Shown here: positions 26,668 to 39,763 of the stretch, one piece after another
How the letters are laid out: every line of letters starts with the position of its first letter
Numbering within the stretch: position 1 is the stretch's first letter
Assembly: GCA_038496445.1 (NCBI GenBank)
Contig: JALMLS010000071.1
Location: 1 to 64,000, forward strand
DNA: 64,000 nt
Source: Trichosphaerium sp. ATCC 40318
Lineage: Eukaryota; Protista; Tubulinea
Reading direction: 5' to 3'
Position numbers and translations under genes: made by a program
Notes under the pieces: generated by a model
Databases searched by the model: none
What the model was told of the DNA's origin: nothing
The model's input: the letters and a program-made list of their open reading frames with translations, nothing else

Positions 26668-29107
26668 TCATAAAATCGGCTCCTTCCAGATTAATATCCT
26701 AAAAAACCCATCAATTGCGTTTTGATCAAAACAAGAACAATGAACGTTGCTACGCACGTTAGACATGTATCCAATAGCATGCATAAACTTTACTCCCCAA
26801 GAGCCAATAGCGTAAACAGTTTCATGAAAGCATAAATTCGCTTCAAACATCAAATAATTTATCCACCTTTGTACATATCCCTCATCACCAATATCGTATG
26901 CAAGCGCCCTAATTGTATTTTTAAATAATTGTTCATGGTACATGCACGTGATTATTGGTACGTACTTTGCTGACTCTCTACCGAGAATAGTAAATCTGTT
27001 AACTGAAAATAAACTGGTTAGATATCCATAAAAATATTTGAGGGTTTTTTTGTACCAGGAGCGCCAAGGTCGTAGTTGATACTTCTAACCAAGTTTCTAG
27101 AATACTGTTAGTCATTGTATTTGCTGTTAACTTCGTTCATAGACATACAGAGTACGAAAGAACATCAGTAATTCCGTTGGCATTTTCTTCATTGCAGCCA
27201 TTATATCGTCCATCATTTCAACTTCCATCTTTCTTACAAGTTTAAGAAGAGTAGATCTGTTTATCCTTCCTTGTAATGCGAAATTGATACCATCCATGGC
27301 CCTTTACAGGGTTAACTTTCTATTTACAAGTAATGATTAAACGTACTGCATGTCAGTCGGTCGCATTAAAATCATAAAACAAGCAAGTCGCCAATCATCA
27401 AAACCAAGTATTTCTGCATTCTCTTGCATACCTTTTTTATCATTCATAATGCACGCCTAAGCAATCACTGTAAGTTAGTAAACTAGTGACTATAGCCGAC
27501 CTTATAGAACCGGCTCAAAGAACGTCGTGAGCTATCGCTGATTTCCTGATATAATCCATGATCTAACAAAACAACCTCATGACAGTGTTAGAATGGACGA
27601 CAACCAGCGTTAGGGTCGAGATTTTCTTACTTGTGTCAAATCACTCTGAGATGGGTGCTTTCGCACAAATATATTTCCAGGATGAGGATCGCCATGAAGG
27701 AAACCATGTCTGAATATTTGTTCACCAATACATTGAATTGTTTTTGTTAAAGCATCAATCACCGAAATACCAGCATTTCTCATCCCTTTTACGTCTGTTA
27801 TCTTAATACCATGTATATACTCCATAGTCAGTATATGCCTTGATGTGTGTTCCCAATAAACCTTGGTTCATTAGATTGCAACAACAGTAAAACAAAAATC
27901 GAAGAGTCATTTCGTACTTTTGGAATGTAATACTGTGCAGCATTTCCAAAGTTCTTAGCAGCTCTCTCGGAGTTTCTACCCTCTGTCGTAAAATCTTCGT
28001 ACAAGTCAGCTTATAAAAGATTAATTAATATTAGCTAGTACCTAGTTCCTTTGCCAAGGACTCTTCTATAGTATCATGTGCCCACGAAAGGTCATATTTA
28101 GGAAAAGCCCAAGCAAGTAATGTAAGCAATACACGATGTGTCAGTAAGTCACCCTTGAATTGTCGTTTAATGTGAGGATATTGTATCTTAACAGCCACTT
28201 CTGTGCCATCCTTAAGAACACCACGGTGAACTTGCCTATATTGTGTCAAACACGTGATTTCTAATTCATATATTTTTTTTAAGTTGTACGCTAAGGAAGC
28301 TGCAGCAATTGGTTTTGTGTCAACATGTGCAAAAATATCTGTGTATGGAACTCCAAAATCATCCTTGAAAACAGACTCTAATCCATGTATATCAACACAA
28401 GGCACTTGATCTTGTAACACCTAAAACTCTCACGTTAGATTTTATGGAAGAGTTGTCAAACATTTTTTTTCCCAACAGTTTTAACTATCAATTCCTTTCT
28501 TATTCTTACTTTCAATGTGTCTGTCCATTCCGGACCAAGAACTTGGTTATTAGCAGCCATATATTGACCAACTTTTATGTACAAACCTCCATTAGTAAGA
28601 CACAAACCAAGTGTCTTTTGGGCACTTCTTAAATTTACAATAGATAACAAATCATCAAACTCATCCCCTTCATAAGTCGGATGTCCTTCAATGTTGAATT
28701 TATAATCAACAGCGATCGTTGCAGCCTGTTTTTAGAATTTAACAAATTGTTTTAACGTAAGAATCCGTAAAAAGCGTTAAACAGTTATAAACGTACCACA
28801 GCGATTGCTCTAGTGAACCTGACGCTTCCTTCTAACAGATTAAACACTGATTCGTTGTTATAGGCAAGGAGACCAGCTGCAGATACTCCGAATGCGCCTA
28901 GTAACCATAGGCGGCTCGTATTATCACCTATTAGTTTGTCAGGACGCGTTTTAATTTCTCCGAGCCGTAAAATAAGTAATATACGCTTTATTACGCACTT
29001 TTTGTTGTGTTGGAAACTGTACGAACGGGTTTTACTGCTTTTGTTCGGAATTTGCTTCTGTATGTATTAAAATGCTTTGCATGCGTCCTAGTATACGCTC
29101 TTAGCAT
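26668..29107 (-). CDS. ABC1/AarF (ADCK1/5-like) atypical kinase, probably mitochondrial
   Basis: Arg/Ser/Lys-rich presequence, NGGLYIKVGQY, PIAAASLAQVHRG, VAVKIQYP, FLHGDPHPGNIFV, VVLLDHGLY. Confidence 0.92.
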
Positions 29108-29439
29108 TATGTCAACTAGAAATAACTTCTAAAACATACTTGAAGGATTGTGAGCTTAACTGAAAAAAACTCAAACTTCGTTTTCCTAAAAAATTACAGA
29201 TTTCGCAACACGTGTTACTAGTCGACATATTTATTGCAAAATTATGTCGGCAAACTATAAAACTGACATATAGAGGTACTTAAACGCTTGTTACACTGTT
29301 TTCGCTTCTTTTTACATGCTGTTGGTACAAGCTTACCCTCAGATATTGTTTTACATAAGATTTTGAATCTGTCTATCACAAAAGGTTCACAATCCTCATC
29401 GCTGGTATCAAACCATATATCTATAAAATCTTCAATATG

Positions 29440-29900
29440 TGCGCGAGTACTGAGACTTTTTTGGAAGCTACGTGTCACTGCAGTGCCAAGAAGACTAAGA
29501 GTGCTAACTCCAACAAGCGATTTAATGCCTTCATCTGTAATGTTAGTTTCCTCAAGCTCAATAGTATGTACTCCAGCAAGCGATTTAATACCTTCATCTG
29601 TTATGTAGTCACAATAAGAAAGGTCAATGGTATGTACTCCAGCAAGCGATTTAAAGCCTTCATCAGTAATGTCAGTACACTCAAGATTAATGGTATGTAC
29701 TCCAGCAAGCGCTTTAATACCTTCATCAGTAATGTAGTCACAGTAAGAAACATCAATTGTACACCAGCAAGTTGTTCAATACCTTCATTTGCTATGTTAA
29801 ACGTTCTAGCCGAATTCAAAACAACTAACTCAACTTGATTAATCTCTATCGCTCGTAACCTATTATTGTTCAATCACGATCGCTCTAACAACTGTTGTTT
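29440..29900 (-). pseudogene. Frameshifted F-box-LRR pseudogene (about 5 repeats)
   Basis: NEGIEQLAGVQL, then frame-broken ITDEGIKALAGVHTINL, ITDEGFKSLAGVHTIDL and ITDEGIKSLAGVHTIEL units. Confidence 0.85.
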
Positions 29901-30499
29901 GACACCATATGATCCTTAGGAATTGACCCGGATTATTGCTAATAAGATTAAACAATCCCATTTTTCACTTCGTCAATACTCATTCCCTAAATAATGTCCA
30001 TATCTCACGTTTGATGAAATGGATGTTGTCAGGTTACTTAAACATTTTGCTTATTACAATGTACTGAATGCTCATAGTGATGAACAAAGACTACAAAAGC
30101 AAAAAAAATGGTTCGATAATCTTTTTAGCAATAAGGCTCTAATGCTTTCCTTAGGATCATATGGTGTAGAAGAGTTACAGCTTCAAACATCAGCTCCGTT
30201 ACTAAATCACTCGTTAAAATCGTACATATAAGAATCACTCATAAATAAATAATTAATCTTATTTCTCTATCATTTGGCCTTCAGAATACTCGGTTGAAGT
30301 ATTATTGGTCCTTTTTGATACCGCAGTTTGTCACTGGTTATCAACAACTAAGATAAACAACCAACGGCTTACAGAGAGATGTAAAATATCCATAACAGCA
30401 TAGACGAGATAATAGAATAAATTTATTTTCTTCTTTTGGTAACTTTTAGCCAACTCACACTGGCCCTTGTCCTAAATCATATTTAGCAGCTTTCCTAAA

Positions 30500-31091
30500 A
30501 GAACTTATTTCTTACCCACACCGCCATTTAAAGTTACATATATTTGCTGATCAAGAACAGAAGTCTCTATCCCCAAGAAAGCATAACTGGACGGAAAATA
30601 ACATGTCGAAATCCATTTTGAAGTTGCATTTACAACAGCTTGAGGAAAAGGCAGTTAACATCACGTGACTGTTATTGTATCTACTAACAAAAGGATCACG
30701 TACAATTGCACGAATGCCATGGGAAAAAGGGGTTTGGTCCGTATTGGACATTAAATGACTGATTTGAAGTCACTTGTACTTCACTCTCACCAAGTTCGAT
30801 AGTAAACATGTATCGCTTTTTTGTAGTTAAAGTCAGAGAAACAAAAATCACGTGACAATTTTAACTTTTACAAATAATGTTATAACTACGTACCTGGTAT
30901 GATATAGAAGTATCTACGACATGACAGGGGTTCGAGTAGTTACAAAAAACGTTTGCAGAGTGTATAACGCTTGGTTGTAATTCTTCTTGTACTTCCTCGC
31001 TCTCTAAGCCTTTATTTGATACATCAAGCGACTGAAGGGACGAACATAACAACACAAATACAAAGAGCGCTATTACGGCGTTGTAAGACAT
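30500..31091 (-). CDS. Small secreted Cys-containing protein; 3' end uncertain
   Basis: Signal peptide MSYNAVIALFVFVLLCSS, a GTACGT donor after SYQ, and further Cys-containing exons. Confidence 0.5.
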
Positions 31092-31453
31092 GTTTATACT
31101 AAAAAAAAGTTGAATACAGTCAACAGTTCTCTGTTATTGCTTAAACGCTTAACTGTAGCGTAGTAGTTCCAGAAAAATCTTTTAGAATAGTCGTACGAGT
31201 TTTAAAAATACGTATTCACTACCTCAAACTACAAACTGCTGAAAAACCGTTACGCCGGCTGTACTGGAGCCTTTACTCGGAACATACTGTATCACTTACC
31301 TTAATTCTCCGCAAATGTGAACACGTGATCCATACACTTTCCTGGGGTAGCGATAAGAAGCTGTATAGTGATTGATTTGAGGTTTCATGAACTTTTAGGA
31401 AAAATAAGTGCACTTTCTTCGTGTTACCTTTTTTCATAATTTAAGGAGCTAAC

Positions 31454-33947
31454 ATGATGCAAAGCCTCTTAATAGCGCTTGTTCTAAGCGTATCTGTTGC
31501 TGCTATCGTACTACCAATCAAAAACACCGAAAGAAGCTTCGTAGAGACGAGCTCACCTCGTTATTTGGATGACGGTACGAAAATACAATGTCACGTGACA
31601 ATACATTCTAATCGTTGGTATTAGGCTGGACCTACAGCGCTAGAGGCGACTTGAGCCAAAAGAGAAGTTTTACAATGGCTTTACAGCGTCAAAACACTGA
31701 TAAGTTCGAAAAGCTCTTCTGGTACGCACTAAGACGAAACTTTCGTCAGCTTTTTTATTTTTTTTTTGCGGCGCGTGTTGACGTTTTAAAGGGAGGTTTC
31801 TAACCCACAATCACCAAAATACGCTCAGTACCTCACTATCGATGAGATTACAGCCATCATTGCGCCTAAACAATCGACTTTGACAGCAGTTGATGCTTTC
31901 TTGAGTGAGAACGGTATCGATTCATACCACTTGACTAAAAACAAGGATTACATCACTTTCGAGACAACTTTGGAGCACGCTGAAGAACTCTTCCAAGTTG
32001 TTTTCCACGAGTACAGACACATCGACAGTGGAAAGGTATACTCCTCATCTCTTGGTCCTTACACGCTTCCATCCAACATTGCACCAGTCGTTGACTTTGT
32101 AGGCGGAATTGTAGGGTACGACGACAATCAAAGAATTATGACACGTGCTTACTTTTTTATTTTCGATAAAGATTTCCTCTTCTCAAAAAGAAGGCTATTC
32201 GTAGTCCAGATGCCACATTCCAACTTGGTCCTAATGACTTGAGACAGCGTTACAAGATCGATACTGTTGGTGGTAGAGCTTCCAGTAACCATCAATCCGT
32301 TGCAGAATTCCAGGTTCGAATTACTTTTTCTGCAGAAGTTCACAGCTAACATGACATTTAGGGCGAATACTACTCTGTAACTGACTTGAAAACATACTTC
32401 GATAAATTTCAGACCCAATACAAAGCATACGATACTGTCACTAAGGTTGTTGGAACAAACAACCCAAGTTCACCTGGTAAGAAAATAATGAAAAAGACGA
32501 AAGTTCTGACACCTTTTCTTAGGTGTCGAAGCTGCTTTGGATATCCAATACATCATGGGCGTAGCACCAAAAGTACCAACATGGTTCTGGAGTAACCCTG
32601 AATTCAATTTCTGGGATGATATCACAGGTACACAAGAAACCCAAGGGTCAAATACAACTTAATCAAAAATTAGCATGGCTTAAACAAATGGACGATCAAA
32701 CAGACAACCCTTGGGGTAACTAGGCTCCCAAATTTACTAAATTATGATTATGAATACCAATTAACTCATTGAATAGTACACTCAATCAGTTATGGTTCTC
32801 AAGGAAACTACCCTTCCGCTGCATACCGCTTTAACACAAACCTTGGATTCCAAAAACTCGGTCTCAGAGGTATTTCTATCATGTTCTCTTCTGGCGATTC
32901 TGGTGTTGGTTCGTACCCCCTTTCAATAGTTTAGATGCCTTTATCTAACACCTTATGTTCTAGGATGCAAAGCTTGCCAAAAATTCCAACCTAACTTCCC
33001 AGGTAACGAATGAGCCTTCATTTGTTTTCAACTTCTTTTCTTTCTGACTTTCTTTTTTACTTGACTTTTTTTGTTAACTCTTTGTTCTAAAGCTTCTTCT
33101 CCTTACGTCACATCTGTTGGTGCAACACGCTTTTTACAAGATGGTGTTGGTCCTGAGGGTGCCGTAGAAGCTTTTGGTACGTTATAATTTCGAGTTCCAA
33201 TCTAACCTGTTAAACGCAAGGTTCTGGTGGTGGATTTTCTCCATTGTTCCCAATACCTTCATACCAAAAATCTGTTGTTGACAATTTCTTACAAACATCC
33301 AAGAAACTACCAAAGGCTAGCTTCTTCAATGCTACAGTACGCCTCTTTAGAAGTGCCTATGTATCTCCTTTAACCTAAATGTTAGGGTCGTGGTACTCCT
33401 GACGTCTCAGCTCTTGGTATTGGCTTCCAAGTCATTGTCAATGGACAAGTCAACAGGTATGTTATTTTGTTTTATCTTCAACTTAGCCCCAGACAAAAAT
33501 CTGTCTTTGCTGCTGGCAATAAACACGTGAAACTAGTTCTATTTTTTTTTTTGGTTTTTTGTTTTAACATTTTGTCTTACAGTGTTGGCGGTACTTCTGC
33601 ATCTGCTCCTACTTTCTCTGCTTTGATTTCTCTTCTTAACGAAGAACGATTCGTTGCTGGTAAAAAGAGTCTTGGATTCCTCAACCCATGGCTTTATCAA
33701 GTAAGTAATCCACGTGAAAAAACACGTGCCAGAGAAATCTATAGTATTTTCTTTTCGCTATTGACTGTGTTTGTATTTACAATACCAATAGACTGCTGCT
33801 GCTCATTCTGATGCATTCAATGATATTACAATCGGTAATAACCCATCTGGATGTTGTGGAGAAGGATTCTATTGCCAAGAAGGATGGGATCCTGTAACAG
33901 GTCTTGGAACACCAAACTTCCAAGTATTGAAACAACAGTTACCTTAA
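31454..33947 (+). CDS. Sedolisin-family (S53) serine-carboxyl peptidase, tripeptidyl-peptidase I / physarolisin-like, many exons
   Basis: Signal peptide and prodomain ([14 protein letters not shown]), [41 protein letters not shown]. Confidence 0.95.
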
Positions 33948-34380
33948 CTTGCGTAGTAAATACAGCAACATTCAAATAAACTATTTGTCTGAACTACTAC
34001 TTGGCTTTTTCTGCTTGAACAAACTTTTTTTTTAGTTTGTTTTAGCACGTGTTTGGTGTATTGAAAACTCCTAACTATCTTGTGTATAACGGTATGTGAT
34101 ATGTAAGAACGTTTTATGCAACTGATATTAAGGTACAAGTATCAAGGTAAGGCACAATCTGGCTTTGTAGCACTTGTATCATATCTTCAAATGTCTAAGT
34201 AGTATTGACCTAAAAGACTACTTTCAACTTAATTGTAACACCAAAATTGGACCCTTTTCGGTCTGATAATCTGCAGCTTAGACTGATATTTAACCAAGCA
34301 TAAACTGAAGAAGTAATGTGAATATGTGAAAAAAAGTCTTTCAGATTGAGAACTAGCATATCTCTATGTCTGTAACACTT

Positions 34381-35724
34381 TCAAAAACAATATGGAGTCA
34401 CATGTACAGTTTCTGCTCCTCCACAGTTAAGAGTATCAATCCCTTCATAAGTTATTGAACGACAACCAGTCAAGTCAATTTCATAAACTCCTACCAAAGC
34501 CTTCAAACCTTCATCTGTTACATCTGTATATGCTAGGTCAATGGTATGTACTCCTGCCAAAGCCTTTATACCTTCATCGGTTATGGACACACAGCAAGCT
34601 AATTTTATAGTATGCGCACCTGCCAATGCTTTCAAACTTTCATCTGTTACCTTTGTATTCGATAACTGTATAGTATGTACACCTGCCAACGCCTTTATAC
34701 CCTCACCTGTTATCAGCGTACAATACTCTAAGTCTATAGTATGCACGCCTGCCAGTGCCTTCAAACCTTCATCTGTTACCTTTGTCCTTCTTAACTCAAT
34801 ATTATGTACACCTGCCAATGCCTTTATACCCTCACCTGTTATCAGCGCACAATACTCTAAGTCTATAGTATGCACGCCTGCCAGTGCCTTTATACCTTCA
34901 TCTGTTACCTTTGTCCTTCTTAACTCAATACTATGTACACCTGCCAAAGCCTTCAAACCTTCATCTGTTACCTTTGTACTCGATAACTGTATAGTATGTA
35001 CACCTGCGAACGCCTTTGTACCCTCACCTGTTATTAGCTCGCAATACTCTGAGTCTATAGTATGCACGCCTGCCAATGCCTTTATACCCTCATCTGTTAC
35101 CTTTGTATAGGCTAATTGAATAGTGTGTACACCAGCCAAAGCTTTCAAACCTTCATCTGTTACCTTTGTGTGTGCTAATTGTATAGTGTGTACTCCAGCC
35201 AACGCCTTTATACCCTCATCTGTTATAGACTCACACTTATACAAGTCAATTGTATGTACGCCTGCCAATGCCTTCAAACCTTCATCTGTTACCTTTGTAT
35301 CTGCTAACGCAATATTATGTACACCTGCCAACGCCTTTATACCCTCATCTGTAATATATTGGCAATATTGTAAGGAGACCGTATGTACGCCTGCTAGCTT
35401 CTTGACGCCATTATCATTTATTTTACTAACATACCACACATAAATAGCCGTATTCCGCAGTAATGGACTTCCTTGAAGGAGCTTCAATTTGCTAACACTT
35501 TGAATACCGATTTCATCATATCCAACGTGGTTGTGGACGATATCTCGCAAAAGGCGACAAGTTTGGGCCGAACGGAGTGTATAATGCCCTTGTTTGAGAA
35601 TATGGACTAGAACCTCAATTGGTAGTGCAACAAGGTCGAATACGTGCGGACTCTTGTTTTTTGCGTATTTTTCGGCCATTTGGTTGTAATATGCGTCTAA
35701 AACAATTGTATACGTTAGTTTCAC
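34381..35724 (-). CDS. Intronless F-box-LRR protein with about 15 near-identical 21/22-aa repeats (true start may be MAEKY)
   Basis: LVALPIEVLVHIL F-box, then tandem TDEG(I/L)KALAGVHxIxLxx(TKV|CxxI). Confidence 0.93.
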   Translation of the reverse strand: MKLTYTIVLDAYYNQMAEKYAKNKSPHVFDLVALPIEVLVHILKQGHYTLRSAQTCRLLRDIVHNHVGYDEIGIQSVSKLKLLQGSPLLRNTAIYVWYVSKINDNGVKKLAGVHTVSLQYCQYITDEGIKALAGVHNIALADTKVTDEGLKALAGVHTIDLYKCESITDEGIKALAGVHTIQLAHTKVTDEGLKALAGVHTIQLAYTKVTDEGIKALAGVHTIDSEYCELITGEGTKAFAGVHTIQLSSTKVTDEGLKALAGVHSIELRRTKVTDEGIKALAGVHTIDLEYCALITGEGIKALAGVHNIELRRTKVTDEGLKALAGVHTIDLEYCTLITGEGIKALAGVHTIQLSNTKVTDESLKALAGAHTIKLACCVSITDEGIKALAGVHTIDLAYTDVTDEGLKALVGVYEIDLTGCRSITYEGIDTLNCGGAETVHVTPYCF

Positions 35725-36003
35725 TAATTAAAACACTTTCAAGTGCACTTGTACTTAATCCAGTCTATTCTGGGCTATTTCAATTGCAAAAGTACACGTG
35801 ATTACCTTAAGGTAAGCGCTCAAGACGTCTGATTCAAATTGGAAGCATTTTACTGAACAGTAACTTGATATTCGTCTTGTCCAAGGGATGCTTGGTGGAT
35901 TCATTTAAGCGTTTAATACAAAGCAAATTGGGGCAAAAAAACGCTCATTGAAACAAAATGACTAACCTTCCACGTGATAATCACCTAAGCATTCAATCAT
36001 AAA

Positions 36004-36702
36004 ATGAAGCGTCTAAACGCCAACAAAGATAGTTTTCGTGCAGAATCGGATAAATGCCTTCTACTGTGCCTTCCAGTTGAGCTTCAGCTTGATATTATTG
36101 ATTTAGACACATCAGTGTACTTTAAATATCCGCTTCTCTCGAAACAAGCAGCAATGGCAACAAGGTTTGATAGCGAGCTTAAAAAGCATGGAAAATGGGA
36201 ACGAAGGATAAACGGTGACCTTGTTTGTCAGGATGATTGGAAGCACGGTAGAAGGGATGGAGAGTACAAGTGCTATATTAATGGCCAATTAGTGACGCAT
36301 TATAATTATATCAATGGCGTACAGGACGGAGAGTGCAAGAATTGGTATAGTAATGGGGTATTGAGTATGCAGTACTACTGTGTCAATGGTGCAACACAAG
36401 GAGAAAACAAAGAGTGGCATAACAATGGCCAATTGAAGTTGCAGTATTACTATGTCAATTGTAAAATGGAAGGAGAGTACAAAGAGTGGTATGACAATGG
36501 CCAATTGAAATTCTATGGCAATTATATAAATAGTAAACAAGAAGGAGAGCATAAGATGTGGTATATCAATGGTCAATTAGGTTACCAGCGTTATTATGTT
36601 AATAATAAGCTACATGGAGAGTTCAAGTATTGGGATAGTAGTGGTCAACTAAAGGAACATTGCTATTATGTAAATGGTAACAAGAGGGAGAGGCCTGGAT
36701 AG
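36004..36702 (+). CDS. F-box-like + MORN-variant (YwqK-like) repeat protein
   Basis: LLCLPVELQLDII, then about six 24-aa GEYKEWYDNGQLxxxxxYxNG repeats. Confidence 0.9.
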   Translation: MKRLNANKDSFRAESDKCLLLCLPVELQLDIIDLDTSVYFKYPLLSKQAAMATRFDSELKKHGKWERRINGDLVCQDDWKHGRRDGEYKCYINGQLVTHYNYINGVQDGECKNWYSNGVLSMQYYCVNGATQGENKEWHNNGQLKLQYYYVNCKMEGEYKEWYDNGQLKFYGNYINSKQEGEHKMWYINGQLGYQRYYVNNKLHGEFKYWDSSGQLKEHCYYVNGNKRERPG

Positions 36703-37715
36703 AACAAAGAATAGAAAGTTATCTTAGATAAAAACTCACTAACTTAGCATTTGTGTATAGTGTAGTGACATCTTAAGCTTCATAGATGATACATTGAGCT
36801 TTGCAACATAAACAGTACAAAATAAAATTACCTGTACAAATCACGTGCCTTAAAAGAAACTCTTTTTTTAGCATAAATGATAGTTCACAAGTTCTTTTGA
36901 TAGCCATAGTGCATGCTTATAATAGCATGAATGTTTTTTTAGTTATTTACAGTCAACTATCACCTATAGGATGGTTGGTCTCCATCAGTTTGTATAAACT
37001 TGCACAATAAAAAGTGAAACAAAACGTTCAAAGATGGATAATGTTGTCATGACTGAGGAGTTTATTGTGTTTGAACGATCAAGGGCGTCTCTGTAATAGT
37101 CAATTGTACAGTATTGTATTATCTATGCGGAATTATGCCAATCCCTGATGGTATCAATCTTAGGGGTGCAATCTCAAGGCTTGAACTCATAACATGTACA
37201 CTCAACTTTTATGCACAAAATTGTAATGTACTTTCCCATAATCCACGGAATAATAAAGATACTCCCACGGTCCGCTGTCACAAAATCTTAGAGCTCTCCA
37301 ATCTATTGAACTACTCAGTGTGCACATAAGGTGGCTGTTCACTTTTGTGGCAGGTTTGAATATCACCTTTTTTTACATTTAGAAACTATTGTTTCGCATA
37401 AGTAATGCACTTGATACATTTCTCTATGGGCGCACAAAGTGATAAAAAGAGGTTTGGGAGAAGGTTTATGACACCACGTGATTTTGTTCCAAATGTGGCA
37501 AAATATCGTCACCACAGGCACTTAGGTTAGCGTGACCGAGTTTTACCACTAAAACGTAATTTGTTAAAAACAACAAGCTGATAGAGGGCTTTCAACCACT
37601 CTATGCGTAGAACTTGTAGTTTAAAGGCGTCTTAGACTACTTGTAATCAAAAGAAAGTAGCTGGTGGTTCAAAAAGAAACCACTGGCTTGGCCTTTTGAT
37701 GTTCGCTGAATGCAT

Positions 37716-37831
37716 ATACTGGTCTTGTTCTAAATCGTGGACCGAAAACCGACAGCTTGAAACCGTACTGGTATTGGACTGGTTATGGACCGAAAACCGA
37801 TTTGAAACCGGACCAGTATTTGCCACCTCTA
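37716..37831 (-). mobile_element. Putative solo hAT-like terminus with subterminal repeats
   Basis: Two copies of TGGACCGAAAACCGA..TTGAAACCG (37738, 37786). The minus strand starts TAGAGGTGGCAAA, resembling hAT TIRs. No convincing partner end or TSD. Confidence 0.4.
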
Positions 37832-37943
37832 ACAATGCAACTACAAGCAACGTCGGTTCGTATGATAAGTCACGCTTATAACTTAATGTTAACTGTTGTA
37901 GGATCGTACAACGTTTCAAGCTTTCAAGGAAAACTGGTGTAAA

Positions 37944-38737
37944 ATGGCAACAACAAAGGTAAAGATGTACTGTAAGGCTCCTCACAAACACTAAATATTT
38001 AGATTAACAAACAAGAATCGACTCCTTGCCGTTTATTACAACTTCCTATAGAGCTACAACTTGATATTATGGATTTAAGCATGGATACGTACACCCTGTG
38101 GCCTCTATTATCAAAAAAAGCAGCTGTGAGCACTCGCTTCAACTACAACTTAGAGAAACACGGAGAGCACAAAGAATGGCATCACGGACATGTACAGAAG
38201 ACGTGCGTGTATGAGAATGGTAAACGAGAAGGTATATTTAAGAGGTACAAGAAGAGACGTTTGATAGAAACCTGTTGGTACAAAGATGGTAAAAAAGAAG
38301 GAAAGCAGATGATATGGCAGAATGGAAAATTAATAGTAGAAGCATACTACCACAACGGTTTGTATGAAGGAGAATACAAGTCATGGTATGAAAATGGTAC
38401 TTTAGAGAGGTTAAGCTACTACTGTAAAGACAAGCTAGAAGGAGATTATGAAAAGTGGGATAGCGCAGGTGTGTTGATTCAGAAATGCCGTTATGTGAAG
38501 GGCAAGGCACAAGGAGCTTATTTGAAATGGCACAGTAACGGGCAATTGTTCTACAGATTCTTTTTTCACAACAATAGAAGAGAGGGAGAGTTTACGTCAT
38601 TTTTTGACAATGGACAATTAGGACAGAAATGCATGTACAAGAATGATCTCAAAGAAGGAGAGGAAGAGTGCTGGACAAGAGATGGCACATTGAAAACGCG
38701 CTACTTTTATATAAATGGCATCAGAAGATCACGTTAA
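37944..38737 (+). CDS. F-box-like + MORN-variant repeat protein with one 5' intron (37959-38002)
   Basis: MATTK|INKQESTPCRLLQLPIELQLDIM joined by a phase-0 GT-AG intron; GEYKSWYENG-type repeats. Confidence 0.88.
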
Positions 38738-39763
38738 CAACAACTTGGTTCAAAGTTACTAAACACAACCAGCGAAAAGATAATACATAACAATAAACCT
38801 TCATTTCAGAAACATACTAAACATACTTTTGCAAAGCACAAACATAAATGCAACAAACTTGCATAAACACTAAAAATTATCTTAAATTAGCCTGTTCGTT
38901 TCACATGATAGTAAGTAGAACTGTAGTAAGACGAATTGTTATCAAATAGCAAAAGCTATTGTGCAATGCAAAGTGAATTGTAATCCGTTCAACACGTCCG
39001 TACTTCGGTACAGCGAAGTAATAGGTTTTTAAGGTCGTTAAAACCAAGCTTCCAGACCTCGATGAGTTCAAAGTCGAGAGCTTGGGTATTTTAGCGATCA
39101 CAAAGGGTAGCGCACGCATAGTAAACAGAGATACAGTTTGGCTATTGATAGGTCAAAGTACAAATTGACTTTCGTTTGAAAATAAACGTATCACATGTGA
39201 TACAAACCGTCAAAACTGTTTACGTAGTGCTTGTTAAGTTAATAATAATATGTTTGAAGCCTGAAAGCAATTAACAACGCTCGAAATAACTGAAAGAGTA
39301 TTGCACGTAGTTTTTTTTTTTTTTTGAAACATCCCTAAAGTTAATTCCGTGAATTCTTGGAGCGAAATGGGATGTAACCTGGTTACTCCAATTTATATTA
39401 CTATTTTTGTAGCCCCAATTGACCTTGTGAGACTACTGTGGTTTCTTTATCACTATGTTAGTATCATTAAATGCCCAGCTTAGTAAGAAAATAATGAGAA
39501 TTTTGGTTTGTTGGTGCTAGTGCAGTTGTGTTCATGACTTGGTTGGATGAAGTACTGTAAACGTACAGCTATTTGTACAATGTAATTTTCACAAAAAGAT
39601 ATGGCTGCCAGTTTCAGGGTCATTATTATAGCTTTGGTGCATCCAAGACCGATTTTGGGCATTGAGATCAGTTCAGAATTTTCACGTGATAAGTGATTCA
39701 GATAGTTGTGACTTGGTTCGAATTAGTTTGCGTTGAGCTGAGTAACGCTAAAACCTGCCGCAG

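Noticed and set aside
34500-35400. CRISPR-like array or diversity-generating retroelement
   Set aside because: The 63/66-nt periodicity is a protein-coding LRR. There are no cas genes or reverse transcriptase, and no evident adenine-specific template/variable pair.
34541-35443. Antisense ORFs over the LRR genes (also 15617-16045, 29437-29838, 59816-60400)
   Set aside because: Shadow frames of repetitive coding sequence on the opposite strand.
37590-37600. Reverse-complement match to the hAT terminus at 3181, which would define a 34-kb element
   Set aside because: Only about 11-12 bp match, the terminal base differs, no 8-bp TSD is seen, and the interval contains ordinary housekeeping genes.
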